Source of the DNA: a virus
Length of the DNA stretch: 64,000 nt
IMG/VR virus record: IMGVR_UViG_3300009093_000036
Coordinates: 32,001 to 96,000 of that record
Strand: one strand, 5' to 3'
Both the position numbers and the translations under genes were made by a program. Numbering within the stretch: position 1 is the first letter of the stretch; each line of letters opens with the position of its first letter. Positions 17,695-26,410 of the stretch are shown piece after piece. The notes beneath the pieces are model-generated. The model was not told the DNA's origin. It saw nothing but the letters and a program-made list of their open reading frames with translations, and ran no database searches.

Positions 17695-18015
17695 GTGACC
17701 GACGAAAAGACGCCCCCTGCCCCGACGACCGATCCGACGAAGTCGGTGACGCCGACGTCCATCATGACCGCCGGACCTCTGAACCTCATCATCGTCCGAC
17801 GCGATACCACGGACTCGAAGCCCGAGTTCTTCATCAGCATCAAGCGCATCCCGACGGCCCCGGGCGACGACCCTGGCCTGATTCCGTTGATCGAGGTGCC
17901 TGCCCTTCAGCGCATGCTGGAGGAGGCCTTCACCCCCGCACTCGGCCTCCGCTCTCTTCTTCCCCAGCCCACGCCTCCCGTCCAGCAGAAGACGAAAAAG
18001 CGAGGACGCAAGTGA
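17695..18015 (+). CDS. hypothetical protein, 106 aa
   Basis: AAGGAG SD plus GTG; GTGA overlap with next gene. Confidence 0.65.
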   Translation: MTDEKTPPAPTTDPTKSVTPTSIMTAGPLNLIIVRRDTTDSKPEFFISIKRIPTAPGDDPGLIPLIEVPALQRMLEEAFTPALGLRSLLPQPTPPVQQKTKKRGRK

Positions 18016-18680
18016 AGACCATCATCGCGATGTGCGGGCTCGCGGGCAGTGGCAAGGACACCGCCTGCGACTACCTCGTCAAGAACTACGGCTTCATGAA
18101 GACGTCGTTCGCAGCCCCGATGAAGGAGATGGTGAAGATCGCCTTCGGCTTCACGGACGAGCAGCTCTACGGGTCGAGCTCGAAGCGCGAAGAGGAGGAC
18201 AAGCGCTACCCGTTCAGTGGCATTTGCACGCACTGCGGGCAGTCCTGCAACGACTGGAGCGATGTCCTGCCCGAGGAGCGTGACATCCCGGAGGGGTTCC
18301 GCTGGAGCTGCGTGAACTGCGAGATCAACTTCAAGGAGTTCGTCACGCCCCGCCTCGCTCTTCAGACCCTCGGCACGGAGTGGGGTCGTCGTCTGAACGA
18401 CGGTCTCTGGGCGAAGGCGACCCTCAACCTCATCATGAGCTCGACCCACGACAAGTGGTGCATCAGCGACCTGCGCTTCCGCAACGAGCTCGACACCATC
18501 CTCGATGCTGGAGGCAGGGTCATCCGCCTCACTCGCGGGAAGCCCAAGCACAACCATGCGAGCGAGACCGACCTCCTTCGGATCCCGCTCAGCCACTTCA
18601 GCACCGTCATCGAGAACGAAGGCACCGTCGCCGAGCTCGAACGAGAGCTGGATCAGATCTACAGGAACTCGATCCGATGA
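18012..18680 (+). CDS. deoxynucleoside monophosphate kinase with CxxC...CxxC insert, 222 aa
   Basis: GLAGSGKDT P-loop, SFAAPMK, TPRLALQTLGTEWGR, ISDLRFRNE, HASE. Confidence 0.9.
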   Translation: MKTIIAMCGLAGSGKDTACDYLVKNYGFMKTSFAAPMKEMVKIAFGFTDEQLYGSSSKREEEDKRYPFSGICTHCGQSCNDWSDVLPEERDIPEGFRWSCVNCEINFKEFVTPRLALQTLGTEWGRRLNDGLWAKATLNLIMSSTHDKWCISDLRFRNELDTILDAGGRVIRLTRGKPKHNHASETDLLRIPLSHFSTVIENEGTVAELERELDQIYRNSIR

Positions 18681-18716
18681 GCGACACGAAGGTCCTCAGC
18701 TTCACGACCCCCGAAG

Positions 18717-19082
18717 GTGAGGTTGGTGCTCATCGAGAGCCCACTCGCTGCGAGCGCGACGCACACCATGGAGCAGCACAAGGAGTACGCGAAGGCGTGC
18801 ATGCGCGACAGCATCTGGCGAGGGGAAGCTCCGTACGCTTCGCACCTCCTCTACGCGCAGCCTGGCATCCTCGACGACCTCATCCCGGCGGAGAGGGAGT
18901 ACGGGATCGAGGCCGGCCTGGCGTGGGGTGACAGGGCGGACCTGACCGCGGTCTACACGGACCTCGGCATCTCCGGAGGCATGCAGCGTGGTATCGAGCG
19001 CGCCCAGAAGGCTGGCAGGCCCATCGAGATGCGTCAGGTGGACCCGTCGCACCTCCGCGTTCACTGGAAGTTCCACTTCTAA
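18717..19082 (+). CDS. conserved phage protein (deoxyribosyltransferase-like fold family), 121 aa; start possibly 18677 via a +1 shift
   Basis: RLVLIESP, GEAPYASHLLY, GIEAGLAW, VYTDLGISGGM. Confidence 0.7.
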   Translation: MRLVLIESPLAASATHTMEQHKEYAKACMRDSIWRGEAPYASHLLYAQPGILDDLIPAEREYGIEAGLAWGDRADLTAVYTDLGISGGMQRGIERAQKAGRPIEMRQVDPSHLRVHWKFHF

Positions 19083-19098
19083 CAGGCGTTCTTTTTCG

Positions 19099-19106
19099 CC
19101 TATAAG
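19099..19106 (+). promoter_or_regulatory. CCTATAAG promoter-like motif
   Basis: upstream of 19141 start. Confidence 0.55.
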
Positions 19107-19140
19107 TAAGGTGAAGGGACTTCCTCTTCACCAGGAGAAC

Positions 19141-20031
19141 ATGAACATGACCAACAAGAAGATCTACGCGAAGGGCGACTACCTGGAGCTCAGCCGCGAC
19201 GAGATGTACGGCGCGCTGCGGGACATCGACCCGACGCGTGCGAAGGGGAAGTCGCGCGCCAAGAAGGAAGAGCTCGTCGACCTCTACAGCGCGGCGCTCC
19301 AGGAGCACGCGAAGGTCCACTTCCAGACCGAAGAGGACCGAACCAAGGGCTCGGACTTCGAGGAGAGTGCCGAGCTCGTGCAGGACCCGACCCCCATCGT
19401 CGAGATGGATACGATCCTGAAGAAGGGCGACCACCAGGTCGTCGTGGTGGGAGACGGCTCTCACGGCGAATCTCTTCGTCAGGCAGCACTCGACCGTGGC
19501 CACTCCGTGGTGATGGTGCCCGAGGATCACGGACATCACGTCCACGGCCCCAACTGCGTCCATCTCCATGGCAGTGCGCTCCCCCTGCTCGCCGGAACCG
19601 AGGAGTTCGAGCGCGTCAACCCGGAGATGCCGGGACTCATCGGTGATGGAGGCATCCTCCACGTCCCATCGGAAGAGGACCGTCTCTTCACCTTCAAGAA
19701 CGGCGATCGCGAGCTCACCGAGAAGGAGAAGTTCATCATCGACCGCCTCTCCAAGAACTTCGACGCGTTCTGTGCGAACCCCGCGAACAACGAGGCGAAG
19801 CGTGATGTCCTGGCCGACATCTACTCGCTGAAGGTCAGCGGCATCATCGCCAACCCGAAGTTCGCCGAGACCCTGAAGAAGGGGCGTACCGACGTACGCG
19901 ACTTCCGGCGCCAACAGAAGATGGGCATCACGGGCGACCTGCTGAAGCAGGCGATGGCCGACGTGAAGCGCGACCAGGCCGCGACACAGCTCGAAGGAGC
20001 GGTGTCCGCCGAGCAGCAGGCGGGGGCCTGA
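19141..20031 (+). CDS. hypothetical protein with HGHHVHGPNCVH metal-binding-like motif, 296 aa
   Basis: AGGAG SD; His/Cys cluster. Confidence 0.75.
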   Translation: MNMTNKKIYAKGDYLELSRDEMYGALRDIDPTRAKGKSRAKKEELVDLYSAALQEHAKVHFQTEEDRTKGSDFEESAELVQDPTPIVEMDTILKKGDHQVVVVGDGSHGESLRQAALDRGHSVVMVPEDHGHHVHGPNCVHLHGSALPLLAGTEEFERVNPEMPGLIGDGGILHVPSEEDRLFTFKNGDRELTEKEKFIIDRLSKNFDAFCANPANNEAKRDVLADIYSLKVSGIIANPKFAETLKKGRTDVRDFRRQQKMGITGDLLKQAMADVKRDQAATQLEGAVSAEQQAGA

Positions 20032-20032
20032 C

Positions 20033-20248
20033 ATGGGCAACGGCCGAACCTGTGATAGCTGCGGCTGCTCGCGCCACGAGTGCGAGTGCTGCAACGGCTG
20101 TCATCGCCTTCGCTGCATCTGCGAGGAGCGGCCGGGAGATGTCAGGACTGCTGCGGACCTCACCCGTCTCGGGACGGAGCAGGAGCTGCTGCAAGACCTG
20201 ACGTCCAGAGGGTCTCTGAGCATCGACGACGACATCGCGATGTTCTGA
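20033..20248 (+). CDS. small Cys-rich protein, 71 aa
   Basis: 9 Cys in the first 30 residues. Confidence 0.65.
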   Translation: MGNGRTCDSCGCSRHECECCNGCHRLRCICEERPGDVRTAADLTRLGTEQELLQDLTSRGSLSIDDDIAMF

Positions 20249-20257
20249 CGAGGGAGG

Positions 20258-20289
20258 GAGGCGTGCCACATGGCACGCCTTCTTCTTTT
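20258..20289 (+). terminator. intrinsic terminator
   Basis: AGGCGTGCC-ACAT-GGCACGCCT followed by TCTTCTTTT. Confidence 0.8.
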
Positions 20290-20310
20290 GCCACTATTGG
20301 GCTGCTTTTA

Positions 20311-20327
20311 CCTATCAGAGAGATAGG
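20311..20327 (+). promoter_or_regulatory. CCTATCAG motif inside a CCTATC-N5-GATAGG inverted repeat
   Basis: overlaps the SD of the 20340 gene. Confidence 0.55.
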
Positions 20328-20339
20328 AGGAGCCCCAAC

Positions 20340-20810
20340 ATGAACACGAACAAGCGTCTCGACCCCAGCGGCACCAACCCCGTCAACAGCATCCCCGATC
20401 CCCTCAAGAATGACATCCTCTGGGACAAGTTCCTCTTGTCCGTGGGCACCGAAGCTCGTCGTATGTACGAGGAGAAGGGCATCACGTCCTTGCAGTTGGC
20501 GGGAAGCATCAGGCAGATCGCCCTCAGCACGGGGAAGCACGCCCCCTTCGTCTACGACCATCAGGGGGCCGTGGTCTTCACTGCCTTCGCGTACCACCTC
20601 CACATGCACGAGATTCTCATCCGGGAGTTCGCGACGGCAGCAGTTGCGTTGCACCATCCCCGCAAAGAGATCTTCGTGCTCGTGCTCTACAGCAAGTTCG
20701 GGCTTACTCCGGCCGATCTCGATCCGCACTTCTCCATGGTGGAGGGGTGGTTCAACGATTGGCTGGGTACGTTCGGACCGGACATCCTGCGTCCGGAGAA
20801 AGAAGAGTGA
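20340..20810 (+). CDS. hypothetical protein, 156 aa
   Basis: GGAGG SD. Confidence 0.75.
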   Translation: MNTNKRLDPSGTNPVNSIPDPLKNDILWDKFLLSVGTEARRMYEEKGITSLQLAGSIRQIALSTGKHAPFVYDHQGAVVFTAFAYHLHMHEILIREFATAAVALHHPRKEIFVLVLYSKFGLTPADLDPHFSMVEGWFNDWLGTFGPDILRPEKEE

Positions 20811-20811
20811 G

Positions 20812-21210
20812 ATGATCAAGAGCATCGGGGAAGAAGAGCTGTCCGAGCACGACGACGCGAACATCACCTGCAACGTCTTCATCACGAAGATCAGCGAGAA
20901 TGATCACGAGGAGCTCGACGAAGATTGGGACGAAGAGGAGGGGGAGCCGCCCAGCAAGTGGGCGAAGTTCCAGCTCACGGCGGACGTCTTCATGCCTCGC
21001 AAGGGCCTGCACGACGGCGCCTACAAGTACATCGCAAGCACGCGGGCGGAGCTCCAGGAGCTCGTTCGCGAGAAGATCCTTCCCAGCTACGAGATCGGCC
21101 TCCAGGCCGTGAAGGACCTCGCGGACGGGAAGCGCACGGGCTTCTACTACTGGACCCCGACGACGCCGGAGGACCATCCGGACATCGCGGATGCGGAGGA
21201 TTCGGACTGA
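20812..21210 (+). CDS. hypothetical acidic protein, 132 aa
   Basis: ATG 1 nt after upstream stop. Confidence 0.7.
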   Translation: MIKSIGEEELSEHDDANITCNVFITKISENDHEELDEDWDEEEGEPPSKWAKFQLTADVFMPRKGLHDGAYKYIASTRAELQELVREKILPSYEIGLQAVKDLADGKRTGFYYWTPTTPEDHPDIADAEDSD

Positions 21211-21214
21211 GCGC

Positions 21215-21250
21215 GAAGAGGGACTGGCTGATGCCGGTCCCTCTTCTTTT
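21215..21250. terminator. terminator between convergent genes
   Basis: GAAGAGGGACTGGC-TGAT-GCCGGTCCCTCTTC-TTTT. Confidence 0.8.
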
Positions 21251-21255
21251 GCTGC

Positions 21256-21519
21256 TCAGCCTCGCGTCGAGCTCTTCTTCTCGCGCTTCTTCGAGATCTC
21301 CGCGATCGCCTTCGAGACCTGCTGCTCACACGGGTCACAGAGGTTCGTGTACGCCACGACCACCTTCCCGTTGCTGCTGATCTGATACCGCGGCGGAGCG
21401 TCCGCCTTCGGCGGCGCGTACTTGTTGTTCTTGATGTCCTCGGCGGTCACCGGGATCTCCTTCACCGCCGGGCACCGCTCGCACTGTCGCTTCATCACCA
21501 TCACGTCGCTCATGATCAA
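21256..21519 (-). CDS. small Zn-finger-like protein, 87 aa
   Basis: CERC ... CDPC. Confidence 0.65.
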   Translation of the reverse strand: MIMSDVMVMKRQCERCPAVKEIPVTAEDIKNNKYAPPKADAPPRYQISSNGKVVVAYTNLCDPCEQQVSKAIAEISKKREKKSSTRG

Positions 21520-21731
21520 CCTTTCGTCTTCGCGTAGATGAGAAAGGCCTTCAGGATGCCGCGCTCGGGGGTCATCAGGCGGTCGTTCCCGCTGAGGCCC
21601 TGCTCACGCTGCTTCTGCTGAAGGTACTTCTCGAACTCCGAGATCTCACCGTCCATCAGCCGATCGATGTTGGCTCGATCGAGCTCGGGGGGATCAACTC
21701 GGACGACCACCTTGAGGGCGGGACTTCCCAC
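21516..21731 (-). CDS. hypothetical protein, 71 aa
   Basis: GTG start after AAAGGA; stop overlaps next start. Confidence 0.6.
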   Translation of the reverse strand: MGSPALKVVVRVDPPELDRANIDRLMDGEISEFEKYLQQKQREQGLSGNDRLMTPERGILKAFLIYAKTKG

Positions 21732-22119
21732 TGGGATTTCCTTTCTGTTCTGCTGCCGTCTTCTTCGCCGCGTCGGCGATGGCAGCGTCTTCGGCAACCT
21801 TGGCTGCCGGCTGCTCGCCGGCGGTGTTCGGCTGCTCAGCCGCGGGAGGCGTTCCTCCGCCCACGGGCTGATTCTGGAGCTCTTCGAGCTCGGCATCGAT
21901 CTCGTCGATGCGCTGCTCCATCTCGATGAGGGAGAGCTCGATGTGCTCCTCGGGAACGGAACCCATGTCCTCGCGTTGCATCACGAGTTCGGCGGGACCC
22001 GCGTCGGTCTTGCGGTAGAACGCACGCAGGTGGGAGATCGAGACGCCGTACACGGCCTTCCTCGACTTCAACTTGGAGATGAGCTCCAAGACCTCGGCGA
22101 TCGTCTTCGGTGTGGTCAT
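21694..22119 (-). CDS. coiled-coil hypothetical protein, 141 aa
   Basis: heptad-like C-terminal segment, operon context. Confidence 0.7.
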   Translation of the reverse strand: MTTPKTIAEVLELISKLKSRKAVYGVSISHLRAFYRKTDAGPAELVMQREDMGSVPEEHIELSLIEMEQRIDEIDAELEELQNQPVGGGTPPAAEQPNTAGEQPAAKVAEDAAIADAAKKTAAEQKGNPSGKSRPQGGRPS

Positions 22120-22124
22120 CTTGT

Positions 22125-22838
22125 TCACGCGCGCAGGAAGGCGTTGAGTCGAGATTCCAGTGTAGCACCGGAAGCTCCATCCCTGATGAGATCCTTCAGG
22201 TTGTAGCGGACCCACTCGCGACTGGAACGCACGAGCTCCAGCTTCTCACCACGGTGTTCGCGCTCCTGCTCCTGCTGCGTCGTCTTCATCAGATCGCCGC
22301 GCATGATGCCGATGCGGATGTCCGCATTGCATTCGAGCCTGAAGAAGTAGCGCTCGATGACCGGCGCCCAGTTCTCCATGGGCAGCTTGAAGAAGACTTC
22401 GCCGACGAGGTCGCGGTCGCGGCTGGGAGTCCGGCATGACAGGCAGATCCCCATCCTGTGCTTGATGAGCGCCGGAGGCATCGGAGCCGCACACCGCCGG
22501 CGCTGACCGTCGACCTCGATGACGTTCGGACAGAAGTAGACCTTCTCGTCCCCTCCGCCGTGCGCGAAGCCACCATTCGTCCAGGCCATGAGGAAGCCGC
22601 TGAACGGGCGGAACTTCGAGCGTTCCTCGTTGAAGTAGACCTCCAAGAGGAACTTCGAGGTGTGATTCTCGGTCTTCAGAGCCCCCATGAGGCGCTGAAC
22701 CTGCTCTTCGACCTCGGGGGTGACCTTCAGCTTCTCCCCGACCGCGACCATGTCGTAGATCGAGGCGTCCCCGGTGAGCTCGCCGATGCCGGACGTGCCG
22801 TCCGCCTTGACCGAGCCCTTCACGTTCGTCGATTCCAT
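22125..22838 (-). CDS. hypothetical Cys-containing protein, 237 aa
   Basis: GAGGAG SD; CP...C...CxxC. Confidence 0.75.
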   Translation of the reverse strand: MESTNVKGSVKADGTSGIGELTGDASIYDMVAVGEKLKVTPEVEEQVQRLMGALKTENHTSKFLLEVYFNEERSKFRPFSGFLMAWTNGGFAHGGGDEKVYFCPNVIEVDGQRRRCAAPMPPALIKHRMGICLSCRTPSRDRDLVGEVFFKLPMENWAPVIERYFFRLECNADIRIGIMRGDLMKTTQQEQEREHRGEKLELVRSSREWVRYNLKDLIRDGASGATLESRLNAFLRA

Positions 22839-22852
22839 GTTCGTGTTTCTCC

Positions 22853-23302
22853 TCAACCTGCGATGAAGGCGCTGGCGACTGCCTGCGACCCACGGTCCTC
22901 ATCGTCGCGCGGGTAGGCGCCCTTGAACTTGCCGTTCTTCGGGTCGGGCACGAGATTCGACTGACCCACGAGAGGGACCTCGTTGACCTCGTTGCCGATG
23001 CGCAGGGTGTTGATGGTCGCCTGCGTCAGCGAGATCTGACAGTCCTTCAGGTTGCCGCGCATGATGATGCGCCACATCCAACGGACGCTCCCGCGCTGCG
23101 CATAGAAGCGCTTGCTGATGTCGATGCTCCAGGTCTTCGCCTCCTCCGCGGTGATGAGGATGTGGTCGACCAGCGCCCGCCAACGAGCGGGGACCAGAGG
23201 GTTCTCCGGCCTCACACGAACGGAGATGACGATCTCCTTGCCGTCGGCCTTCGCATCGACGATCTCGAAGCCAGCCTTCGCGAACGCTTGATCGACACGC
23301 AT
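22853..23302 (-). CDS. hypothetical protein, 149 aa
   Basis: ATG 1 nt after upstream stop. Confidence 0.7.
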   Translation of the reverse strand: MRVDQAFAKAGFEIVDAKADGKEIVISVRVRPENPLVPARWRALVDHILITAEEAKTWSIDISKRFYAQRGSVRWMWRIIMRGNLKDCQISLTQATINTLRIGNEVNEVPLVGQSNLVPDPKNGKFKGAYPRDDEDRGSQAVASAFIAG

Positions 23303-23303
23303 C

Positions 23304-23813
23304 TCAGACTCCGAGGTCGATCGCCAGCCCGAAGGTGACGTCGGTGAGGAAGAGGGAAGAGGGTGGAGCTCCCAAGACAATGACGCGCTCGTTCGTGACG
23401 AGAGGAGACACGTACGCCGTCTTGATGCCGAAGACGTGGGTTGGTGGCTGCTGCGTCTCTTCGACGCCGAGCCATGCCGCGAAGAGAGGCCATCCCGGGA
23501 CCACGAGCTCGAACGTGAGGAGCTTCTTCTCCGACATCTTCTGCGTCGCCCCGTAGAGCGTGTAGATGCCGTGCTCCTTCGGATTGAACGGGTACTGCTC
23601 GATCTCCAGGTGGTTGAGCAGGAAGGTGTGGTCGACCTCGTTCTGTCCCTCGGGAACGACGGGGGTCTGCTCGTCCGCCATCTCACGCGAAACGAGGATC
23701 CCCTTCTCGGTGATCACGACCTCGTGGACCTTCGGCTGCGAGACGGCACGCTTCACGTACTGAAGCAACGCCGACATCGTGTTCGGCAGCGGCTCGGTGT
23801 GGAGACGCTTCAT
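23304..23813 (-). CDS. hypothetical protein, 169 aa
   Basis: ATGA overlap with RHH gene. Confidence 0.7.
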   Translation of the reverse strand: MKRLHTEPLPNTMSALLQYVKRAVSQPKVHEVVITEKGILVSREMADEQTPVVPEGQNEVDHTFLLNHLEIEQYPFNPKEHGIYTLYGATQKMSEKKLLTFELVVPGWPLFAAWLGVEETQQPPTHVFGIKTAYVSPLVTNERVIVLGAPPSSLFLTDVTFGLAIDLGV

Positions 23814-24043
23814 CGGATGGCCTCCAGGACGATCTGGCGTTCCCGGTCCTTGTGGGCGCGGTAGAACTTGACGGCGTCCCGCATCACCCCCGTGAACCCC
23901 TTCGGGTGGTTCTCGGCCTTCGCGAGGGACTCCAGCCACTGCTCGTCATCGCGAGGAAGACGGATCGTCCGTGGGCTGGACATCGTGTCGAGAGGCTCTG
24001 TCTTCTCAGGAGCCTTCTTTTTGGGCTTGGGCTTGGGAGCCAT
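23810..24043 (-). CDS. ribbon-helix-helix DNA-binding protein, 77 aa
   Basis: RTIRLP strand, RDDEQWLESLAKAE helix, FTGVMRDAVKFY helix. Confidence 0.7.
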   Translation of the reverse strand: MAPKPKPKKKAPEKTEPLDTMSSPRTIRLPRDDEQWLESLAKAENHPKGFTGVMRDAVKFYRAHKDRERQIVLEAIR

Positions 24044-24080
24044 GGCCCAGAGCATACGAGAGCATACAGCGCCTCGTCAA
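24044..24080 (-). promoter_or_regulatory. sigma70-type promoter, leaderless, with tandem GTATGCTCT repeats
   Basis: TTGACG-N18-TATGCT-N7-ATG. Confidence 0.7.
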
Positions 24081-24337
24081 GCGAGTTCGAGCGCGTGCAT
24101 CCCGTTCAGGTAGCTGTCGAGGCCCTTCACCTCGGGGAACATCTCCTGAAGACGACGCACTACATGCTCGTGGATGGCGTCGAGATCGGCAGCGGTGTCG
24201 GTGACGCCATTCATCGCGATGATCGTCTTGAGCTCGTTCTCCAGCGACGACTTCAAGAGCGGGTTCGTCGCGAGCCAGAGAGGCAGCCACGTCCAGCGGA
24301 TCTCGAACGCCCCGTCGATCAGCTCCACGATCCTCAT
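24077..24337 (-). CDS. hypothetical protein, 86 aa
   Basis: ORF between virion gene and RHH promoter. Confidence 0.7.
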   Translation of the reverse strand: MRIVELIDGAFEIRWTWLPLWLATNPLLKSSLENELKTIIAMNGVTDTAADLDAIHEHVVRRLQEMFPEVKGLDSYLNGMHALELA

Positions 24338-24347
24338 GCGGCCCTCT

Positions 24348-26000
24348 TCATGACGAGCGGACGGTAGCAGCGATCAGATGCGCCGTACCAGGCATCGTGT
24401 CGTTGATGTTCTCCCAAGCCCGCTCCACCGAGAACCAGAAGGGGGCGTTCGCAACCAGCCCACTGAGCTGGAAGGGAACCTCGACGATGACGTTCTTCGC
24501 GGAGAAGTTCGCTGTCGCCTCGACGATCGTCGCCGACCCCAAGTTGTACGGGTTCGTGCCCGGGCCCAGGGAACCGTAGCGGACACGGAAACGAACGGTC
24601 GTGCCCGGGCCAGCATCAGCGTCGCCCGAGAACGAGAGACGAAGCACGGGGGCGGCAGCAGACGCGTAGCTGCGGAAGAACGCCCGCACGAACCGCCCGC
24701 CGATGCTCGCGACGATGTTGCGCAGGTACGACTGAAGCGTCGAGCCCTCGAAATCTCCGAAGGCCATGCGGAACGTCGGGCTCGCTCCGCCAGGTTCTCC
24801 AGAACCCCAGTTCGACGGAGCAACAGGGCCCGTCAGGATCGGGATAGCAAGCACACCCTCCGAGGCCCCGATCTTGAGGCCCGCGTAGAAGGTCACCCAC
24901 GCCGAAGGCGGTGGAGAAGTGACGTCGTGAAGTGTGCTTCCGGTGAGAGTCTGCATGTTGAGCAGCCCCGCACGAGAGCGCATCTTTATGCCGTGGTAGT
25001 TCGCGGATGCCCCAGGAGCACCATCTGCAAGCAGACCGAACCCCTTCTCATCCGAGACCACCGAGGAAGAATCGGTACGGACCTGCGCATACAGGTGGAT
25101 CTCGGTGAAGGCAGAGCCGAGCGTGACTTCCTTCAGGAATGCATCAGCGACCGTGGTGGTGATGGAGAGGACGCCACCGTCGATCAGCGTGTACACACCT
25201 CCGCTTCCGAACCCCGTGAACCCCGCCGCCAGAGGCAACTGCCCGAAGCGAGCGTCGTACTCGATGACGACGTCGCACTTGTCGAACGGGATCGTGGAGA
25301 TCGCGCTCGTGCCGGGCTGCGAGACCGGGTTCGCAGCGCGCAGGTTCTCCTCGACGACGATCGGAGGAAGGCCGTTGAGATCTGCTTCGTGGGGGTAGTG
25401 AATCTGCACGGCGGACTCCAAGAGGATGTTGGCGAGCGGGGAGGACGTCCCCGAGCACACGTCGACCAAGGAGACCACGAAGGTGCCGTCGTAGTCCACA
25501 TCGGGCAGGAGAGCTCGCAGGATCCCGGCCACGGGAGTTCCCGGGCTCTCCGCGGTGACGTCCGGGGTCGGAGCTGCGAGAGGAAGGGGGTCGCCACTGT
25601 AGATCGTGGGGCTGACGTCCACACGAATCCCCAAGGTAGCGTTCTCGAAGCGGATGCGGACGCACCCCAGCAGTGTCGTGTCGGTCACCAACACGAAGAT
25701 GCTGTCACCGAGGACGTAGCTGCCGAAGAAGCCGATGCCGCTCAGGACGACGTCGCTTCGCACCCTCGAACAGCTCTCGCAGACGATCTGCTTGTGGGTC
25801 CGTGCAACATCGACCTCGAACTGCCCCCAGGTGCCGGAAGCTCCCGAACCGAAGTAGGTGCCGTACGGCGTCGACCCGAAACCACCGTAGGCGCCGTTGT
25901 CGAAGAGCACCCACTGCGTCGCCGGCTCGATGAGCGTGATTCGTTGGTCCCGGAACTTCCGGTACCCACACACGCACTTCATGTTCGGATCGGCGGTCAT
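24348..26000 (-). CDS. putative virion/tail protein, 550 aa
   Basis: beta-rich with lectin-like C-terminal half; N-terminal CxC...CxxC; TGATG overlap. Confidence 0.55.
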   Translation of the reverse strand: MTADPNMKCVCGYRKFRDQRITLIEPATQWVLFDNGAYGGFGSTPYGTYFGSGASGTWGQFEVDVARTHKQIVCESCSRVRSDVVLSGIGFFGSYVLGDSIFVLVTDTTLLGCVRIRFENATLGIRVDVSPTIYSGDPLPLAAPTPDVTAESPGTPVAGILRALLPDVDYDGTFVVSLVDVCSGTSSPLANILLESAVQIHYPHEADLNGLPPIVVEENLRAANPVSQPGTSAISTIPFDKCDVVIEYDARFGQLPLAAGFTGFGSGGVYTLIDGGVLSITTTVADAFLKEVTLGSAFTEIHLYAQVRTDSSSVVSDEKGFGLLADGAPGASANYHGIKMRSRAGLLNMQTLTGSTLHDVTSPPPSAWVTFYAGLKIGASEGVLAIPILTGPVAPSNWGSGEPGGASPTFRMAFGDFEGSTLQSYLRNIVASIGGRFVRAFFRSYASAAAPVLRLSFSGDADAGPGTTVRFRVRYGSLGPGTNPYNLGSATIVEATANFSAKNVIVEVPFQLSGLVANAPFWFSVERAWENINDTMPGTAHLIAATVRSS

Positions 26001-26410
26001 CAGTGCCCAAGGATGGACTGAAGCAGGGCCACGATGCCAGTGATCAGTCCGAAAATGCCCGTGACGACCGCGATGATGATCGGGGCGGTGGTCTTCCACC
26101 ACTCCAGGCCGATCTTCTTCTCCTCGTGGTGCTGCGTACGCACCTCTTTGACCTCGGCGAGCGTGCGTGCCGTGTCCTCTCGTCCATCCCGAACACCCTC
26201 CTGGTGCCCTTCGAGCTTGGCGAGACGAACAGCGATCGCACTGACGTCCTTCTCGATGTCGTCGGCCTTCTTGGTGAAATCCTTCTGCGAGCTCTCGACG
26301 TGCTCGACGCGGGTCGTCAGCCCAGTGAGCATGAAGTTGAAGCCCGAGAAGCCGCGGCGCACCCGCTGCTCCAGTTCACGAAGCTTGGTGATGAAGTCTT
26401 CACCCGACAC
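26000..26410 (-). CDS. holin-like protein (coiled coil plus single C-terminal TM), 136 aa
   Basis: APIIIAVVTGIFGLITGIVALL TM after a long coiled coil (XhlA-like architecture). Confidence 0.5.
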   Translation of the reverse strand: MSGEDFITKLRELEQRVRRGFSGFNFMLTGLTTRVEHVESSQKDFTKKADDIEKDVSAIAVRLAKLEGHQEGVRDGREDTARTLAEVKEVRTQHHEEKKIGLEWWKTTAPIIIAVVTGIFGLITGIVALLQSILGH

